Source: Epiperipatus broadwayi
Taxonomy: Eukaryota; Animalia; Onychophora
DNA length: 64,000 nucleotides
NCBI GenBank assembly: GCA_028023455.1
Contig: JAQFVV010000003.1
Span: 24,738,001 to 24,802,000 of the forward strand
Direction of reading: 5' to 3'
In this document: positions 62,401 through 64,000 of the stretch, piece by piece
How positions within the stretch are numbered: the first letter of the stretch is position 1
Layout: every line of letters begins with the position of its first letter
The notes under the pieces: model-generated
Database searches by the model: none
Seen by the model: the letters and a program-made list of their open reading frames with translations, nothing else
Told to the model about the DNA's origin: nothing
Position numbers and translations under genes: made by a program

Positions 62401-63500
62401 TTCAATGGATAGGCTTTAATCCACTCCAACTCTTCAGCCATCCATACCATTGAATGATAAGCCCCTAGTTTATTAATATAGATGGGAGCATAATGGATGA
62501 AATATTAACCATAGAATTAAATTTGGGTGGAGAACTTTTGGTAGAAATAATTTTAATAAATGAGTTTTACCAGATTCTTACTTACAGATCTGAGACTTAG
62601 ACACTTAATACAAAAGCAAGACAAAGACTTCAGACTACTCAACAAAGTATGAAGAGACATATTAGAAATAATAGAAAAGATTGAAAAATATGGGTGAGAA
62701 AACAAACAGATATTACTGATATAACTGAAAGAATTAAAAGATTAAAATGAAGCTAGGCTGAACATATTTACTGAAAGAGATGACAATAGATGGGCAGGAA
62801 GTTTTAATCTAGATCCCAAGAAATTTTAAAAGACCCAGAAAGAGACCATGTGAGATGAATATATGAAATAAGGATATTTGTTGGTGTGATGAGGATAAGA
62901 GAGGCTAAAGGGTGAAAAAATTGGATTAAATTTGGAGAGACTTTCATCTTTCAGAGGATCAATAATGATTAAAAACAATGATTTAAAATCATATACACAT
63001 ATTTATATAGTATAAACATATTTCTGTATATGTTTTTTTTTTCTCTATACGCTCTCTATATATCATAGTACTGCGTATACATATGATTGTTTCTGTATGT
63101 TTATTTTTATTTTTGTCTCACGTTACTTCCCAAATTTACATATAATCTTAGCAATGACATTTTATTCTCTTTCTTTTCTAACTCGCCGCCTTCTTGGCAA
63201 ACCTGTTTTATTTTTGTCTCTAACTAGAACATGACTATGCAACTATCAGAAAAGTAAATAGTAGTACGCTCATTCTCTTTGAATGTTTTTATACATAGTA
63301 CATAGTATCTATAATAGTCATTGATAAATGGGTATATACATAAATATAATACTTACAGCTAGAACCATGCCTATCAATCCTTTCTCCACGTGGTCGTCTT
63401 TTCTTGCGACTATGCCTTTGCTGAGCATATCCTCCTAAGCTTGATAAGGTGTTATAATTGACGGAGTTCAAGGCCCCTGACACAGGTGGAGGAAGTGGGG
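710..63500 (-). CDS. GRIP1: GRIP1/GRIP2-like multi-PDZ scaffold gene, partial (7 internal exons; gene continues beyond both window ends)
   Basis: Spliced translation ...[23 protein letters not shown]...GSS/SSLMSTL...[27 protein letters not shown]...[16 protein letters not shown]...[80 protein letters not shown]...[57 protein letters not shown] is collinear with vertebrate GRIP1 PDZ4-PDZ6 as I recall it. All junctions are GT-AG with matching phases (1,2,1,1,2,1). In invertebrates this is a co-orthologue of GRIP1 and GRIP2. Confidence 0.96.
1117..1176 (-). mobile_element. Degenerate tRNA-derived SINE head, family 2 (copy 1)
   Basis: Plus-strand aatccgaaaacctttagctct aligns by eye with aatccggaaaactttagctct at 39000; the A-box-like start resembles the 58800 copy. 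Confidence 0.35.
4582..5313. mobile_element. Solo LTR, 732 bp
   Basis: Begins TGTAG and ends ATAACA (TG...CA); flanked by an identical 5-bp direct repeat GTATC (4577-4581, 5314-5318); more GC-rich than flanks; contains an internal tandem array. Confidence 0.8.
4995..5184 (+). repeat. 10 x 19-bp tandem array organised as a 5 x 38-bp dimer, inside the solo LTR
   Basis: Strictly alternating units gcagagtagagcattagtt and gcagagcagagcattc(a/g)tt. Confidence 0.95.
5666..5748 (+). repeat. 41-bp tandem duplication
   Basis: ttattgattactaaatatagtcaa(a/t)caaattttattttcgt occurs twice. Confidence 0.85.
5917..6062 (-). CDS. GRIP1: GRIP exon, PDZ5 C-terminal part (146 nt, phase 2 to 1)
   Basis: Acceptor tttatttcag, donor G|gtataa; [48 protein letters not shown]. 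Confidence 0.96.
6137..6206 (-). CDS. GRIP1: GRIP exon, PDZ5 middle (70 nt, phase 1 to 2)
   Basis: Acceptor tttttttttag, donor AG|gtaagt; [24 protein letters not shown]; followed by a 74-nt intron (6063-6136). Confidence 0.95.
7890..8960 (-). mobile_element. Decayed non-LTR retrotransposon 5-prime fragment (ORF1 zinc knuckle plus start of APE endonuclease)
   Basis: GC-richer block. Minus-strand [15 protein letters not shown] (8827-8868) is a near CX2CX4HX4C knuckle. [10 protein letters not shown]...VHIILHTE (from 8100 downward) resembles APE motifs I and II (TxN..L, IIxLxE). Many stops and frameshifts. Confidence 0.5.
9349..9467 (+). mobile_element. tRNA-Gly(TCC)-derived retroposed element with short tail and poly(A), copy 1
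   Basis: GTGTTGGTGGCCTAGTGGTTAGCATAGCTGCCTTCCAAG...CCCGGGTTTGCTTCCC...AACGCA closely follows metazoan tRNA-Gly-TCC. 15-bp tandem duplication of the anticodon region (9379-9393, 9394-9408). Followed by tttgacatatg and A14. Confidence 0.85.
9840..12713 (-). mobile_element. Truncated, decayed Ty3/Gypsy LTR retrotransposon (gag region, protease, RT, RNase H; integrase missing)
   Basis: Protease-like LVDGDSQI (ORF 11449-11655); RT motifs [31 protein letters not shown] and YVDD (10668-10679); RNase [14 protein letters not shown] and [15 protein letters not shown] order. Frameshifts and stops. Confidence 0.92.
12694..12713 (-). other. Putative primer-binding site of the Gypsy element, next to the 5-prime LTR end (minus-strand ...CCCATTACA, 12715 upward)
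   Basis: Minus strand reads CATTACA-A-TGGTCTCCCAATGATGGAGC; resembles a decayed tRNA-Lys(CTT) PBS (TGGCGCCCAACGTGGGGC). The far end of the LTR was not determined. Confidence 0.55.
13505..13612 (+). repeat. 54-bp tandem duplication, with a more diverged copy near 13405-13450
   Basis: tgtacatcaattgcttacaactgtatgattataaattaaaggaaaatcatataa occurs twice; explains the repetitive ORF 13504-13695. Confidence 0.9.
16536..16629 (+). mobile_element. tRNA-Gly(TCC)-derived retroposed element, copy 2
   Basis: GCATTGGTGGCCTAGTGGTTAGCACAGCTGCCTTCTAAGCAGCTGTCCTGGATTTGCTTCCCAGTCAATGC then tttgacatat and A13; shares its tail and internal variants with copy 1. Confidence 0.85.
17347..17424 (-). CDS. GRIP1: GRIP exon, start of PDZ5 (78 nt, phase 1 to 1)
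   Basis: Acceptor ttttcag, donor T|gtaagt; [26 protein letters not shown]. Confidence 0.95.
17559..17712. repeat. Fold-back / MITE-like inverted repeat, 47-bp arms
   Basis: 17559-17605 matches the reverse complement of 17666-17712 at 43 of 47 positions; 60-bp spacer; no clear TSD. Confidence 0.85.
18590..20200 (+). repeat. Unclassified ~1.6-kb interspersed repeat, copy A (boundaries approximate)
   Basis: Collinear by eye with 22010-23510; shared blocks include aaaacctaggtaaa, ttggtctattctctct, actgcatcacca, ggtgtgcctgtt and ctatcaatggtattct. Confidence 0.75.
21790..22000 (+). mobile_element. Penelope-like element fragment (decayed GIY-YIG endonuclease)
   Basis: [21 protein letters not shown]...[27 protein letters not shown] matches the PLE pattern VVYKIPCxxC..xYIGET.R.L.TR (motif at 21895-21975). 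Confidence 0.7.
22010..23510 (+). repeat. Unclassified ~1.5-kb interspersed repeat, copy B (boundaries approximate)
   Basis: Diverged direct copy of 18590-20200 with many indels. Confidence 0.75.
24806..25036. mobile_element. hAT-type MITE, 231 bp
   Basis: TIRs cagtggcattacta and tagttatgccattg (12 of 14 match); 8-bp TSD ATACCATC at 24798-24805 and 25037-25044. Confidence 0.85.
25598..25722. repeat. Fold-back hairpin element
   Basis: Outer arms 25598-25626 and 25694-25722 match at 28 of 29; inner arms aaaccatttgaggc and gcctcaaatgcttt match at 13 of 14. Confidence 0.85.
27337..28161. mobile_element. hAT (Buster/Charlie-type) MITE, outer element of a nested pair
   Basis: Ends cagcgtccaac and gttggccacaccctg; 8-bp TSD GCTTAGAG at 27329-27336 and 28162-28169. 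Confidence 0.8.
27500..27898. mobile_element. hAT (Buster/Charlie-type) MITE, 399 bp, nested inside 27337-28161
   Basis: TIRs caggggtctccaacc and ggttggggactcctg (13 of 15 match); 8-bp TSD CATTAAGT at 27492-27499 and 27899-27906. Confidence 0.9.
29341..29480 (-). CDS. GRIP1: GRIP exon, C-terminal part of PDZ4 (140 nt, phase 2 to 1); absent from the ORF track
   Basis: Acceptor tgttttttag, donor G|gtattt; [46 protein letters not shown]. Confidence 0.95.
33284..33449. repeat. Small inverted repeat, 18-bp perfect arms
   Basis: aagagcagttattttcat (33284-33301) and atgaaaataactgctctt (33432-33449). Confidence 0.65.
35345..35534 (-). CDS. GRIP1: GRIP exon, N-terminal part of PDZ4 (190 nt, phase 1 to 2)
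   Basis: Acceptor ttttttag, donor AG|gtaaca; [63 protein letters not shown]. Confidence 0.95.
38988..39056 (-). mobile_element. tRNA-derived SINE head, family 2 (copy 2)
   Basis: Minus strand GGGCGATTTAGCATAGCGACAAGAGCATCAGACTCAAGAGCTAAAGTTTTCCGGATTGATTCCTAGCTC has A-box- and B-box-like segments and aligns with 58800-58870. Confidence 0.5.
41192..41634. repeat. Long inverted repeat: 126-bp arms around a 191-bp loop
   Basis: 41192-41317 matches the reverse complement of 41509-41634 at 123 of 126 positions, with no indels. Confidence 0.95.
41449..41493 (+). ncRNA. Type I hammerhead ribozyme motif, Penelope-type, partly decayed
   Basis: ACAC-CTGAAGA-A-GAGTGG(agaataata)CTACTC-GAAA-CATT-GTGT: 4-bp stem I, intact CUGANGA and GAAA cores, 6-bp stem II. 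The stem III/cleavage region CATT is explainable as CGTC after two CpG transitions. Confidence 0.7.
42182..43455 (+). mobile_element. Full-length decayed mariner transposon (~1.27 kb)
   Basis: Transposase relic AVIHFLWSE...[11 protein letters not shown]...ITGDD..HYEPESK...KLMLIVFW...LFGSLKE...[18 protein letters not shown] with many frameshifts and stops. 3-prime TIR ataatttttgactcaccctcatcta; degenerate 5-prime TIR tacataaaaatgagccaaaaactatc; TA at both ends. Confidence 0.92.
48290..48510 (+). mobile_element. Merlin (IS1016/IS1595-like) transposase fragment
   Basis: [53 protein letters not shown] matches the Merlin pattern WVFG..CR.T..CF...V.DR.A.TL..II...I..GS.I.SDCW.AY. Confidence 0.8.
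51715..53140. mobile_element. hAT (Buster/Charlie-type) non-autonomous element, 1426 bp
   Basis: Perfect 15-bp TIRs cagtggtcttcaacc and ggttgaagaccactg; 8-bp TSD ACTTAGAT at 51707-51714 and 53141-53148; subterminal gcggacc/ggtccgc motifs. Confidence 0.92.
52106..52566 (+). repeat. ~233-bp tandem duplication inside the hAT element
   Basis: aaaaatactttgtcatcactgagacaaaagatagacacc... starts at 52106 and again at 52339; the copies are nearly identical. Confidence 0.9.
58800..58870 (+). mobile_element. tRNA-derived SINE head, family 2 (copy 3)
   Basis: A-box-like tggtttaatacagtggtaaag and B-box-like ggatcgattcc (58851-58861); agcgtcagactc..gag..aagtt..ggatcgattcc is shared with the 38988-39056 copy. 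Confidence 0.5.
59670..62960 (+). mobile_element. Decayed RTE-clade LINE, interrupted at about 61860-62560
   Basis: Endonuclease relic at 59800-60420 ([18 protein letters not shown]). RT relic at 61000-61860 ([43 protein letters not shown]; [12 protein letters not shown] at the FADD site). C-terminal relic at 62570-62960 (LTYRSET, WAG/RW-type motifs). Confidence 0.88.
62287..62330 (-). ncRNA. Degenerate hammerhead ribozyme relic
   Basis: Minus strand ACCAA-CTGACGA-T-GGCT(ggttt)AGCT-TTAAA-TATGTA-TA-TTGGT: 5-bp stem I, CUGANGA core, 4-bp stem II, near-palindromic stem III. The GAAA core is corrupted. Confidence 0.4.
63357..63500 (-). CDS. GRIP1: GRIP exon, linker before PDZ4 (144 nt, phase 1 to 1)
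   Basis: Acceptor tttttttttacag, donor T|gtaagt; encodes [47 protein letters not shown]; phase matches the 35534 exon. Confidence 0.85.
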
Positions 63501-64000
63501 CTGTAAAAAAAAAAAACGTAAACAAATAATTAAATAATTATATAAATAATTAAACAGTTTTGCAAAAAAACAAAAAACAAACAAACAACCTTTTAGCCAA
63601 TTCTTAGTTTTAAAAAATCCCATAATTTTGTGCTGAAAGAACATTTTTTTGCCTAGCAGTCCAGCTCAATACACAAGCGAGTGCTGAGTGCGTTTTGATT
63701 AGCTCCGGAGAAGTATCACCCTCTCGGAAACAATTTCATAAACTAGGATACCATCTATCAACATTTTTTTCTCTATTTAATGACTCTCTGGCACCTCAGG
63801 CATGAAAAGGAGGGAGGGAAGATATTCAAATGAAAACAGATTTTCATATATTTTCAATAAAATTATAAATTAAATGATAAACTGTTAATTAAAATTCTGT
63901 TTCTATATTTATTTTTAATTAATAAAAAACAAAAATTATAGGATATTAATGTGAGTAAAACATAATTTCTGAACTACTTTTCCTATTTCTATTTTCCCTC

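Overview
AT-rich animal (probably arthropod) genomic DNA, not prokaryotic. The window lies inside one minus-strand gene, a GRIP1/GRIP2-type multi-PDZ scaffold (glutamate receptor-interacting protein). Seven internal coding exons (63357-63500, 35345-35534, 29341-29480, 17347-17424, 6137-6206, 5917-6062, 710-854; 913 nt in total) have GT-AG boundaries and matching phases. They splice into one open frame covering the linker before PDZ4, PDZ4, PDZ5 and the first half of PDZ6. The rest is intron filled with decayed mobile DNA: a solo LTR with a 5-bp TSD, a truncated Gypsy element, two LINE relics (one RTE), a full-length dead mariner, Merlin and Penelope fragments, four hAT MITEs with 8-bp TSDs (two nested), two tRNA-derived SINE families and several fold-back elements. 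Most notable: a near-perfect 126-bp inverted repeat whose loop holds a Penelope-type hammerhead ribozyme motif (41192-41634), a second hammerhead relic (62287-62330), a tRNA-Gly(TCC) mini-SINE family and a candidate unannotated GRIP exon (55627-55712). All coordinates and alignments were derived by eye; no searches were run.
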